This document shows positions 7,657-17,344 of a DNA stretch of 24,683 nucleotides, piece after piece (position 1 is the stretch's first letter; each line of letters begins with the position of its first letter). The translations under genes were made by a program, and so were the position numbers. Source of the stretch: Fibrobacteria bacterium. Its GTDB lineage: Bacteria; Fibrobacterota; Fibrobacteria; UBA11236. The notes beneath the pieces are model-generated. The model was not told the DNA's origin and made no database searches. It was given only the letters and a program-made list of their open reading frames with translations. The stretch spans positions 1 through 24,683 of the forward strand of contig JAYTSD010000024.1 of the NCBI GenBank assembly GCA_043745805.1. The letters are read 5' to 3'.

Positions 7657-8097
7657 ATGCAAACACAAAGAATTGACATCAATAAGGTAACGCCAAGCGC
7701 TTACCAATCACTTATCCAACTGGACATGTATGTTTCTGAAACAAGTTTATCAAAAACCTTATATCATCTTATCAAAGTTAGGGCATCCTTAATTAACGGT
7801 TGTGCATTGTGCATACAATCACATACCAAAGACGCTTTGGCAGATGGTGAAACCACCAAACGATTATTGGCATTAAATGCTTGGAACGATTCGCCCTATT
7901 TCTCCAACGAAGAAAAAGCAGTTTTAGCTTTGACCGATGAAACAACTTTGATTGCAAACAATGGTGTTACAAATGAAACTTTTGACAATGTTCTCAAAAT
8001 TTTAGGCGAGGAAAAAGTTTCTCATGCTATTATGGCCATTGCTTGTATCAATGCTTGGAACAGAATCGGCAGAGCCACATTATTAATTCCTGAATAA
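7657..8097 (+). CDS. Carboxymuconolactone decarboxylase/AhpD family protein
   Basis: RASLINGCALCIQSH (CxxC..H) and INAWNR. Confidence 0.92.
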   Translation: MQTQRIDINKVTPSAYQSLIQLDMYVSETSLSKTLYHLIKVRASLINGCALCIQSHTKDALADGETTKRLLALNAWNDSPYFSNEEKAVLALTDETTLIANNGVTNETFDNVLKILGEEKVSHAIMAIACINAWNRIGRATLLIPE

Positions 8098-8103
8098 CAG
8101 AAA

Positions 8104-8526
8104 ATGACAGAAATTAAAATTGCCGCTACAAACAACGACATCGCTTCCTGTTGGGAAGCGATGTCGCTTTTGCGACCTATGTTGAAAGCAGAAGAATTTG
8201 TTGAGCAAATAATTGCAATGCAAAAAGAAGGCTATTCGCTTCTATACATATCGGAGAACAGTCGCACAGTTTCAGTTGCTGGATACAGATTTTTAACAAT
8301 GCTTTATTGTGGCAAAATGTTGAGTATAGACGACCTTTCAACAGTTGAAAATTGCCGAAGCAAAGGATACTCGTCAAAATTGTTAAACCATATTTACGAA
8401 ATTGCCAAACAACAAAATTGCAAATCTGTACAATTGGACAGTGGATATACCAGAACCGATGCACATAAACTTTATTTCAAAGAAAACTTCACAATAAATG
8501 CGTTTCATTTCACTAAATTCGTATAA
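8104..8526 (+). CDS. GNAT family N-acetyltransferase
   Basis: IDDLST...RSKGYS (acetyl-CoA motif A) and LDSGYTRTDAHKLY. Confidence 0.92.
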   Translation: MTEIKIAATNNDIASCWEAMSLLRPMLKAEEFVEQIIAMQKEGYSLLYISENSRTVSVAGYRFLTMLYCGKMLSIDDLSTVENCRSKGYSSKLLNHIYEIAKQQNCKSVQLDSGYTRTDAHKLYFKENFTINAFHFTKFV

Positions 8527-8532
8527 CAAAAA

Positions 8533-9177
8533 ATGTACGTGCCAAAAACATTTGAAGAAACAAACCCAGCGGTCCTAATTGATCACATCAATCAAAATCC
8601 ATTTGCTACCGTAATTTCGACTACAAATGATGGACCCATGATTTCTCATTTACCTATGTATTACATTAAAGAAGGCGAAAGTGAATTTTTAATTGGGCAT
8701 TTAGCAAACGCAAATGAACACTGGAAAAATATTGAGGGTAAAGGAGTAGTAATTTTTCATGGGCCTCACGCCTACATTTCATCAAAATGGTATGGAACGT
8801 CAAACGTAGTTCCCACATGGAATTATATCTCAGTTCATGTATCCGGAAATATTAAACTTACCGATGCCAATGAGTTAGCGTCAATTCTTGATTTTATGGT
8901 TCATAAACACGAAGGGAGTATACAAGAATTTAAAAACTACAACGATGAAAAATACCTTGAAGCGCTCTCGAATCAAATTGTTGGAATTAAAATGGAAGTC
9001 AAAACAATAGAAGGAAAATGGAAACTAAGTCAAAATAAAAGTGAAGCACTTCAGAAAAAAATCGCTGAAAATTTATTGAAGGCCGGGGATTACAATTCAA
9101 TAGAAATCGCTGGGAAAATCAATGGAAATCTCAAAAATAAAACCTCTACCTCGACTTTCACACCTGAGAAGTTCTAA
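8533..9177 (+). CDS. paiB: PaiB family FMN-binding negative transcriptional regulator
   Basis: MYVPKTF, GHLANAN, GPHAYISSKWY, VPTWNY and GKWKLSQN. Confidence 0.9.
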   Translation: MYVPKTFEETNPAVLIDHINQNPFATVISTTNDGPMISHLPMYYIKEGESEFLIGHLANANEHWKNIEGKGVVIFHGPHAYISSKWYGTSNVVPTWNYISVHVSGNIKLTDANELASILDFMVHKHEGSIQEFKNYNDEKYLEALSNQIVGIKMEVKTIEGKWKLSQNKSEALQKKIAENLLKAGDYNSIEIAGKINGNLKNKTSTSTFTPEKF

Positions 9178-9319
9178 GCACGCCCTCAAAGAAATACCTC
9201 GACCCACATCGCGAACAAACCCTACGTAGCTCGTATTCTCAAAGATCTTTTGGCGTACATGAACGGGGTTTTGAAAATGGGATTTGATTTACCTATTCCC
9301 CATTTTAATTTTAAGAAAT

Positions 9320-11560
9320 TTAGAGTAGAGGAAGAATTAATGTAAAAGTAGAACCCTGTCCAACCATTGAATCAATCTCGATAGAACCTTGGCTTATGGT
9401 AATCTTTTGATATACAGCATCCATCCCAACTCCCCTACCAGAAATTGAACTAACTGTTGCAGCGGTTGTAAATCCTGGCATAAAAATGATGGCCATTTTT
9501 TTTTCGCGCGAGAATCCTGTAGTTTGATCGGGTGTAAATAAACCTTTTTCGATGGCTTTTTTTTCTATAACTTCAGGATCCATCCCTTTCCCGTCATCTT
9601 GGATTTGCACCCAAAGTTGTTTTCGCAGCTTTTTGGCTTTTATAGTGATAGTCCCCATCGCCGTTTTACCCTGTTCCATTCTGATTTCTTCGGTCTCTAT
9701 TCCATGGTCTACGGCATTACGAATAAGGTGAGGTATAACACTGTCTAAAATGCGAATAGTAACCTCTGGAATACGCCCAGACTCAATTTCAAACTGAATA
9801 TTAACTTCTTTTCCAGTAGCTTCTGAGGCACTTTGTATCACGGATTCCACTTTAGGTTTCAAATAACGTTGTAAAGAAATTTCGTCTAAGTTGTCGAGCA
9901 ATTCATAGGCTTTCACATCGTCCGATTTCTCTATGGCAAACTTTATTTGATCAATCTCATACTGTTCAATAATTTTGACTTGAGGGTCTTTTGCACCCAT
10001 TACGACATTCAATTCTTCATGGATTTCCTCTAAAATATTTAACACTTGTTGAGTTCGAACTTTGACGTCTTCATAAATGTCACCTAAAACACCTTGTTCA
10101 CGCGCTGAAGATAATATGGATTCAAGTTGATGGGACGCTTCAGCTAATTCATCCAAGCCTAAACTTGCCCCAGAACCTTTGACGGTATGAATCACCCGAA
10201 ACATATAATGAATATCTTGATTGTTTACGGTTCCGCCGGCAAGTATTTCGAGTACCCGAGTAATTTCAGTAATACTTTCTTGATAATAATTTTCGAATAA
10301 ACTTCTTTGTTTAATTAATCCAAATAGCATGACATTATGTCGGTGATTCTCATCAATTTTTCTTTTGAAACGATTTTCTTGGGTAACATCAATACCCAGT
10401 ACGAAAACTTGTTCAAAGCTACCGTCTTTAATGATTTGTTTGTAGTTCAGACGAAACTCGGTGTCTTGAATGGTAATTTCCGAAGGAGCCAATTCGAAAA
10501 GACTTTTAAAATCAATGGTCACATTGGGATCTGCGACCATCGCTATAATTGGATCGATAGAATCGTGACCTGATAACAGGGTATCGTTAACCGATAGTCC
10601 CGATAATGATTTTCCAAAAGCAGTTGTAGTAAGGCTAGAAGTGTGAGGTTGTATCACTCCGCTTTGGTTAAAGCTCAACATTAAAGCAGGAACGGAGTCA
10701 AGAATGCGGTGTATAAAATCTGCAATTTCTGCTCGTGATTTCTCTAAAACAGATGCCAGTTTCCCGACTTCATCAAGCGCCGTCGTCGTAATTATAGAGG
10801 TGTAATTTCCCTGTCCGAGTCTTTCTGCATCTAGTGTCAATTTGCGTATAGGCTTTACAATGCGATGGGTAACTAGCAGGGATATTATCGCCGAGACTAA
10901 AGAAAGAAAGGCCATAAAAATCAAATTGTGATACAATACTTTTTTGTTTGCGGCATACAAGTCAGTCATTTTTAGATCGACTTCAAGAGCGGCTTCGGTT
11001 TTTCCTTTGGTATTTTTAATTGGTGCATAAACCGAAATCCAATCTCCGTTTTCATCATGGTAGGGAGTCGTCTCCACCACTTTTTCATGAAAAAAAACAT
11101 CTTTCATTTCTGGCTTGTACAAATAACTGTGTCGGTAAAAAGGATTTGGGGTCGACATCAGAATAAATTCGGTGCCTGATTGAATCAAGGAATTTGGATT
11201 AGCTAGAATTTTACCTTTTTGCTTTGAGGATAAAGTTAAAGTGTATATGGGTGTTCCTAAATTATTTGATTCGACGACTTGGGCTAAAATATGCTGCAGA
11301 GTAGAAAATTCTGGCGGAATAAATTTGTCATTGATTTGATCTTTCGACACATACGTTTCCGCGATACGGCGATGAGTTTCCCCATCAATTTGCAATGCTA
11401 AAGTGGTAGCGATCCCACGAATTTTGGCCAATGCGCTTCGTTCTACTAGATGTTTTTGTTGATAGTAATTAATAGCTCCTAAAATCAACAACGTTGCATT
11501 TAAGGTCAAAAGACTTGTGAAAAAAATCTTGTTAGAAATTTTTGAGCTCAAAAATTTCAT
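9320..11560 (-). CDS. Membrane-bound CheA-like histidine kinase (TM-Cache-like-TM-HAMP-PAS-like-Hpt-HATPase; no CheW domain)
   Basis: Hpt FRVIHTVKG; HLIRNAVDHGIE, DDGKG, FMPGFTT, SGRGVGMD. The protein ends at GSTFTLILPLL. Confidence 0.9.
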   Translation of the reverse strand: MKFLSSKISNKIFFTSLLTLNATLLILGAINYYQQKHLVERSALAKIRGIATTLALQIDGETHRRIAETYVSKDQINDKFIPPEFSTLQHILAQVVESNNLGTPIYTLTLSSKQKGKILANPNSLIQSGTEFILMSTPNPFYRHSYLYKPEMKDVFFHEKVVETTPYHDENGDWISVYAPIKNTKGKTEAALEVDLKMTDLYAANKKVLYHNLIFMAFLSLVSAIISLLVTHRIVKPIRKLTLDAERLGQGNYTSIITTTALDEVGKLASVLEKSRAEIADFIHRILDSVPALMLSFNQSGVIQPHTSSLTTTAFGKSLSGLSVNDTLLSGHDSIDPIIAMVADPNVTIDFKSLFELAPSEITIQDTEFRLNYKQIIKDGSFEQVFVLGIDVTQENRFKRKIDENHRHNVMLFGLIKQRSLFENYYQESITEITRVLEILAGGTVNNQDIHYMFRVIHTVKGSGASLGLDELAEASHQLESILSSAREQGVLGDIYEDVKVRTQQVLNILEEIHEELNVVMGAKDPQVKIIEQYEIDQIKFAIEKSDDVKAYELLDNLDEISLQRYLKPKVESVIQSASEATGKEVNIQFEIESGRIPEVTIRILDSVIPHLIRNAVDHGIETEEIRMEQGKTAMGTITIKAKKLRKQLWVQIQDDGKGMDPEVIEKKAIEKGLFTPDQTTGFSREKKMAIIFMPGFTTAATVSSISGRGVGMDAVYQKITISQGSIEIDSMVGQGSTFTLILPLL

Positions 11561-11759
11561 GTCGTACTTCCTAACCAGTTGATATTAAGGCTAACCGCCA
11601 CCAACATTATGAGCATGGTTCCCAAATTATGCAACTTTTTTTTCTGTAAATATTTTGATCGGGCTTGGCGTCGTAGGCTTTTTGCAGCAGGCAAGGTTTT
11701 AAAATGAATTTCGATTTACCTTTTTTTTATATGCGTACATTTACAGAAAGGGTTAGCAC

Positions 11760-11939
11760 TTGAAAATAAAAATCCTCAGCCTTCTCCTACTCTCCGCATC
11801 CATCTCCTTGAATCGGGAACTTTATTTCATCGGCGCCAGATCCGATTCCACTTTCGAGTCTGTAACAACAAATGGCGTGGCATGGCCAGGAACGACTTTA
11901 TTTTACTGGGAACTGAATGGCGAGAACCGCGCTCTTTAA
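11760..11939 (+). pseudogene. 59-codon fragment of an exported protein
   Basis: TTG start after GAAAGGG; MKIKILSLLLLSASIS is signal-like. Confidence 0.35.
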
Positions 11940-12438
11940 AAGAAATATTACTGGTAAAGTAGTAATGCTTAATTTAATACGACTACACAAAGAAGCTGAT
12001 TATTCAAATCATCCAAACCTCGCTCCCAATATTCGCCATTTGAGTGCAAAGTAAAAAACCGAACCAGCGACCTTCCGCCAAGAATAGATAAGCTGGATTC
12101 ATCTGACCCATCTCCTGCAATTCGGAAGTTCTGATTTTCTCCGAAATTAATTTCATTTCTTTCCTTATCGAGGGCTGCCTCGAATCGGTGCCTATTCAAG
12201 CCAGAATTTCAGAGGAAGGCCGTTCATCCGATTCCATTCAGAGAGTAAATCTCAAAGTGCTCTCCTAAAGTAACCATTATCGCTGATAAAAAATCAAAGC
12301 GAAGTGAATAAATTGAAAAGTAATCCGAAGCAGATTCTCACTTCCAATACCTTTATTTATATGAGCTACAGGTTTAAAAATAATAAAGATGACTTTGTTT
12401 TACCTAAGCTCGCTATCTGCCAAAGTGCTCCCTAATAA

Positions 12439-12900
12439 GGAGCGAAATTTTCAAAGTTAAACTATCACAATTGGGTAAGCTCCCTACAATCCAGGCTTGA
12501 TGGCGGTTTTTCATTTCTTTCCATTAATGAGAACTTTGACAGCGGGGAGTTAGGTCTCCGCTCGGTCCAAATTGATCCCCAGTACCCATTCAGCATGACT
12601 GGTAAAACCATTGTTCCTGGTGAACCAGTAACCCTTTCTTGGGTTGTCTGCAACGGAGCCAATACGACACGCAAGGTTCAATTCACCTCCCAAGTCCACT
12701 TGCAAAACGCCATATTGCCGGATAATCAGTCCGACTTAGAAAACCGGTATTATGTGATACCTCCTCAATCCATAGTACGAGATTCCCCTACTTATATCAC
12801 ACCTAGCAGCATTCTGCCAGAAACGCCCTTCCAATACTGGCGGAAATTCGCATGCAACGGATCCTACGGATCCCATCTGGAAACCTTAGACGGAAGATAA
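12439..12900 (+). pseudogene. Internal fragment of an extracellular protein with an Ig/CARDB-like segment
   Basis: The frame is open from about 12439, well upstream of ATG 12595. PGEPVTLSWVVCNG is Ig-like. No RBS or signal peptide. Confidence 0.4.
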
Positions 12901-13199
12901 GTGACTAAACCGAAATAAACAAAAAATTGAAATAAAAAAGAGGTGACAATAAAACAATTTGAAAGCACAAAACTCTGAATCGAAAAAGTGGGCCGCTAAC
13001 TAGCTACTTTCATGTTGTATAGTGTTGTCCTTAAAATGTCGCTCCCAGTGTTATCGATCGAAAACAAAAACAAGGAAGTTATTGGTACTCGGTCCTTCCG
13101 TTTCATGGATTGATTTTTAGGCCTTCGAATAAACACGATTTAATACGATTCTAAATCAAATTGCAATAAGTAATACAGGAAATTGCTCCAAAAAAAAAT

Positions 13200-13207
13200 T
13201 ACCTTTG
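13200..13207 (+). promoter_or_regulatory. TACCTTTG -7-type promoter element (same octamer at 19001-19008)
   Basis: The identical octamer lies 50-60 nt upstream of two operon starts (13264, 19061). Confidence 0.45.
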
Positions 13208-13263
13208 GGGCCTGAATATGTGGGGCTTAAAAAGCAAAAGCCCTAAATGGTGGAAAGGCAAAT

Positions 13264-14460
13264 ATGAGTAAAGTGCTATTAATTGGTGCAGGCGGAGTAG
13301 GTGGCGTGGTCGCCCATAAAATTAGTCAGGCGCCGGATGTGTTTTCCAGTTTAACCTTGGCCAGCCGCACTTTAAGCCGTTGCGAAAAAATTAAATCGCA
13401 AATTCAAAAGCGCCGCGCCTATCCTATTGACACGGCCCAAGTGGATGCCGACAATGTTCCCGATCTTGTGAATTTGATTCGCAAAGTAAATCCTAAACTT
13501 GTTATTAACACCGCTTTACCTTATCAAGACTTAACCATTATGGATGCTTGTTTGGAAACCGGCGTAGATTATATGGACACCGCGAATTATGAACCGCCTG
13601 ACGAAGCGAAGTTCGAATATAAATGGCAATGGGATTATCAAGAACGCTTTAAGGCCAAAGGCCTCATGGCCCTTTTAGGTTGCGGGTTTGATCCTGGGGT
13701 AACCAATGTGTTTTGCGCTCATGCACAAAAAAAACATTTCGACGAAATTCATACTATTGATATAATGGATGCCAATGGTGGCAATCATGGTCATCCTTTT
13801 GCCACTAATTTCAATCCGGAAATTAATATTCGTGAAGTATCCGCCAAAGGTAAATATTGGGAAAAAGGCGAATGGATTTATACCGATCCTTTATCTGTAC
13901 ACAAAACTTTTGACTTCGCGGAAATTGGTCCTTTAGATATGTACTTGATGTATCATGAAGAACTCGAAAGTTTAGTGAAAAATATTAAAGGTTTAAAACG
14001 CATTCGCTTTTGGATGACTTTCTCGCAAAATTATCTCACCCATTTAAAAGTGCTTGAGAATATAGGCATGACGCGTATTGACCCAATTGAATTTCAAGGC
14101 CAACAAATTATTCCTTTGCAATTCTTAAAAGCCCTCTTACCCGATCCTGCTAGCCTAGGACCGCGCACCAAAGGCAAAACCAATATCGGTTGTATGATAG
14201 AAGGCCTTAAAGATGGCAAACCCAAAAAGGTTTATATCTACAATATTTGTGATCATGAAGAATGTTATGCCGAAGTGGAATCACAAGCAATTTCCTATAC
14301 CACGGGCGTGCCCGCTATGATTGGTGCGGAAATGATGTTAACAGGCAAGTGGCGTGGCGCAGGCGTATTCAATGTGGAAGAAATGGATCCTACGCCTTTT
14401 ATGGAAAAATTATTGGAACGTGGCTTACCTTGGGTGGAAACCGTTTATTATGGCCAATGA
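13264..14460 (+). CDS. Carboxy(nor)spermidine dehydrogenase (saccharopine dehydrogenase family)
   Basis: Rossmann GAGGVG, DTANYE, GFDPGVTN, HPFATNFNPEINIRE and YHEELESL; adjacent to nspC. Confidence 0.95.
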   Translation: MSKVLLIGAGGVGGVVAHKISQAPDVFSSLTLASRTLSRCEKIKSQIQKRRAYPIDTAQVDADNVPDLVNLIRKVNPKLVINTALPYQDLTIMDACLETGVDYMDTANYEPPDEAKFEYKWQWDYQERFKAKGLMALLGCGFDPGVTNVFCAHAQKKHFDEIHTIDIMDANGGNHGHPFATNFNPEINIREVSAKGKYWEKGEWIYTDPLSVHKTFDFAEIGPLDMYLMYHEELESLVKNIKGLKRIRFWMTFSQNYLTHLKVLENIGMTRIDPIEFQGQQIIPLQFLKALLPDPASLGPRTKGKTNIGCMIEGLKDGKPKKVYIYNICDHEECYAEVESQAISYTTGVPAMIGAEMMLTGKWRGAGVFNVEEMDPTPFMEKLLERGLPWVETVYYGQ

Positions 14461-15598
14461 TTTATATCAAGCGCTAGATCAGGTCGCTACACCGGCATAT
14501 GTTTTAGAGGAAAGCAAACTCAAACATAATCTGGCCATTTTAGATCGCGTGCAAAAAGCAAGTGGTGCGAAAATTATTTTAGCGCTTAAGGGCTTTGCCT
14601 TTTGGAGCGCCTTTCCTTGGGTGCGTGAAGTCTTACACGGCGCCACTTCCAGTTCCTTGCATGAGGCGCGTCTAGCTTATGAAGAAATGCGCAAAGAAAC
14701 GCATGTGTATTCAGTGGCTTTTACCGATCAAGAATTTCCAGAAATCCTAAAATATGCGGATCATTTAGTTTTCAATTCCTTTTCGCAATGGCGGCACTTT
14801 AAAAAACAAGTACAAGCTGCTGGCCGGCCCATAGAATGTGGCATACGCGTCAATCCAGGTTATTCCGAGGTAAAAACTCCGCTTTACGATCCATGTTATG
14901 TTGGCTCTCGTTTAGGGGTAACTCGCGAAGAATTTAAGCCGGATGAATTAGATGGCATTAGTGGTTTGCATTTCCACGCGCATTGCGGTAACAACAGCGA
15001 TACCCTCGAACGCGTACTTGCTTCTTTCGAAAAATTGTATGGCGAATTTATTCCTAAAATGAAATGGGTTAACTTTGGCGGGGGTCATCATATTACTCGC
15101 AAAGATTACGATGTGGATTTATTAATTCGCTTAGTAAAAGATTTTCGTGCGCGCTATGGCGTGGAAGTGTATATAGAACCTGGTGAAGCCGTCGGTTGGC
15201 AAACCGGACCGCTAATTTCCTCGGTGGTAGATATTGTCCGCAATGGCATGGACATCGCCATACTCGATACTTCGGCCACCGCGCATATGCCGGATACTTT
15301 GGAAATGCCATATCGTCCGGAAATTCGTTTTGCCGACGAAGCCGGCAAGTTACCTCATACTTATCGTTTGGGCGGTTTAACTTGTTTAGCGGGCGATGTG
15401 ATTGGCGATTATAGTTTTGCCAAGCCCTTGCAAATCGGTGATAAATTAGTGTTTGAGGATATGATTCATTATACCATTGTGAAGAATACCACCTTTAATG
15501 GAATTCCTTTGCCTTCGCTAGCGATTTGGACCGAAGCAGGTGAGTTACGGGTACTGAAAAAATTTGGGTATGAGGATTATAAGAATCGGCAGGGGTGA
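14450..15598 (+). CDS. nspC: Carboxynorspermidine decarboxylase
   Basis: ILALKGF (PLP Lys), GLHFH, NFGGGHHIT, EPGEA, HMPD.LEMPYRP, CLAGD, HYTIVKNTTFNG. ATG 14450 overlaps the upstream stop region. Confidence 0.95.
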   Translation: MANDLYQALDQVATPAYVLEESKLKHNLAILDRVQKASGAKIILALKGFAFWSAFPWVREVLHGATSSSLHEARLAYEEMRKETHVYSVAFTDQEFPEILKYADHLVFNSFSQWRHFKKQVQAAGRPIECGIRVNPGYSEVKTPLYDPCYVGSRLGVTREEFKPDELDGISGLHFHAHCGNNSDTLERVLASFEKLYGEFIPKMKWVNFGGGHHITRKDYDVDLLIRLVKDFRARYGVEVYIEPGEAVGWQTGPLISSVVDIVRNGMDIAILDTSATAHMPDTLEMPYRPEIRFADEAGKLPHTYRLGGLTCLAGDVIGDYSFAKPLQIGDKLVFEDMIHYTIVKNTTFNGIPLPSLAIWTEAGELRVLKKFGYEDYKNRQG

Positions 15599-15722
15599 AC
15601 CTCGACCATTGCATGATTTGAAAAAAAGCATTCAAAAATAGTTACGATATACTCAATCCCTTATTAATTTTAGATGCGTGGAAGTTCCACAAAAATTCCA
15701 TCGTCCATAAAAAGGAAAAGCT

Positions 15723-16094
15723 ATGCCCAACGCTATTAATTGGTTTGAAATTCCGGTGAAAGATTTGCCCCGAGCTATGAAATTCTATAGTATCATTTTG
15801 GGAATAAAAATACAGCCTATGGCTGCCATGGGAATGGATTGTGCCTTTTTTCCTGCCGATATGGAAAATGGTAGCGTGGGTGGTTGTATTATCAAAGGTA
15901 AGGGTTATAAACCTTCTACTAGTGGCGCATTAGTGTATTTAAATGGTGGTAAAAATTTAGGCACAGTTTTATCTAAAGTGGAAAAAGCGGGCGGTAAAAT
16001 TCTTCTGCCTAAAACCGCTATTGGACATAATGGATTTATGGCCCATTTCAAAGATAGTGAAGGCAATAAGGTTGGCCTTCACTCGATGAAATAA
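15723..16094 (+). CDS. VOC/glyoxalase family protein
   Basis: INWFEIPV.D..RAMKFY, VEKAGG and FKDSEGNKVGLHS. Confidence 0.93.
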   Translation: MPNAINWFEIPVKDLPRAMKFYSIILGIKIQPMAAMGMDCAFFPADMENGSVGGCIIKGKGYKPSTSGALVYLNGGKNLGTVLSKVEKAGGKILLPKTAIGHNGFMAHFKDSEGNKVGLHSMK

Positions 16095-16154
16095 TTAAAC
16101 TCTAATTAGTTAATTAAGTAATTTTAATACTAATTAAATTTGCAATTAATACTT

Positions 16155-16190
16155 GAGTCACTCGCAAAAATGATTTTCTGGGAGTGACTC
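16155..16190. repeat. Long inverted repeat just upstream of the DUF2277 RBS
   Basis: GAGTCACTCGCAAAAA...TTTCTGGGAGTGACTC; arms of about 16 bp with 2 mismatches. Confidence 0.7.
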
Positions 16191-16203
16191 TAAAAGGTAA
16201 AGT

Positions 16204-16476
16204 ATGTGCCGTAATATCAAAACTCTTTTTAATTTCGAGCCTCCCGCGACCGAACAAGAAATTCAAGCCTCCGCTATTCAATTTGTCCGCAAGCTCAGCG
16301 GATTCAATAAGCCATCGCAAATCAATGAAGCGGCATTCAATCTTGCTATAGAGCAGGTACACGCTGCTGCCACAACTTTAATTCATACTCTGGTAACAAA
16401 TACGCCATCTTTAAATCGTGAAGAGGTAAAATTCAAACTCATGGAAAAATCGCGTAAGCGATTTGGTAAACTTTAA
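16204..16476 (+). CDS. DUF2277 family protein
   Basis: MCRNIKTLFNFEPPAT.EI.A..QFVRKLSG signature. Confidence 0.9.
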   Translation: MCRNIKTLFNFEPPATEQEIQASAIQFVRKLSGFNKPSQINEAAFNLAIEQVHAAATTLIHTLVTNTPSLNREEVKFKLMEKSRKRFGKL

Positions 16477-16493
16477 ATTTAAAAGGAATCATT

Positions 16494-17003
16494 ATGCCAC
16501 CACTTGCGGAAACTTATCTTAAAAAATATATCGAAGCATTAACTACCGATGAACTCCATGAAAAACTTAATGCGCATTTCTCTCGCGCCTTTGCTTTTTT
16601 AGAAAATATTCAAGAAGAAAAATCCAAATTTCGTTATGCTTCAGAAAAGTGGAGTTTGCGTGAATTGTTAGGACATATTTCCGACAGTCAAATGATATTT
16701 ACCTATCGCGCCATTTGTATTGCGCATGGGGAAACCAAATCGTTACCGGGTTATGATGAAAATATTTATGCGCAAATTGCAGGGCATGATCAAATTGCTT
16801 GGGCGCAATTGCTACAAGTGTATAAACTACAATCGCAAACAACTTTAGCCTTGGTCAAAACTTTAAGCTCCGAAGGTTTAGTCCGCATGGGTGAAGCGAA
16901 TAAAATTGAACTTTCATCATTGAATATTTTTCAAGCCTTATTGGGCCATGAAAAACATCATTTTAAAATGATGAAAGAGCTTTATGGTACAGCGGAGGCA
17001 TGA
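16494..17003 (+). CDS. DinB family protein
   Basis: RYASEKWSLRELLGHISD, LPGYDEN and GHEKHH metal-ligand His residues. Confidence 0.9.
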   Translation: MPPLAETYLKKYIEALTTDELHEKLNAHFSRAFAFLENIQEEKSKFRYASEKWSLRELLGHISDSQMIFTYRAICIAHGETKSLPGYDENIYAQIAGHDQIAWAQLLQVYKLQSQTTLALVKTLSSEGLVRMGEANKIELSSLNIFQALLGHEKHHFKMMKELYGTAEA

Positions 17004-17344
17004 TCTTTCAAGCACTATTGCTTTTGGCATTCAGTAATATATTAGTGTCCAGTTAGCATTTCTAAATCTTTATCAAAGTAATTTTATGCCGTTTAGTAAA
17101 ACCAAGCATCCAGGTTATGGTAACCTTAAGATTAAGGACATATCGCACAATATTAATAATCAAGATATAGGAATTAAAGAAAATGCTATACTTCAAAAAT
17201 CTCAATCCGCATCTCATGAAGAAAAATCCACTATTCATGTGCTTAAATATTTGGCCGAAGCGTTAAGACTTTCAACCGTTAAATTGTGTGGTAAAAAAGA
17301 AGGCGGGGCATCGGCTGTAGCGAGTAGTACGACTATCGGTTTAA

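Noticed and set aside
1100-9300. Integron cassette array
   Set aside because: No integrase, no repeated attC-like sites, and mixed gene orientation.
11969-12199. 76-aa minus-strand ORF and an alternative-frame start MKLISEKIRTSELQEM
   Set aside because: Too short and degraded to assign a family.
13190-13198. Poly-A tract before the polyamine operon promoter as a phase-variation site
   Set aside because: A/T runs of 8-9 nt are common in this AT-rich sequence.
14354-14449. N-terminal extension of nspC
   Set aside because: It overlaps the upstream gene by over 100 nt; ATG 14450 gives a normal-length protein.
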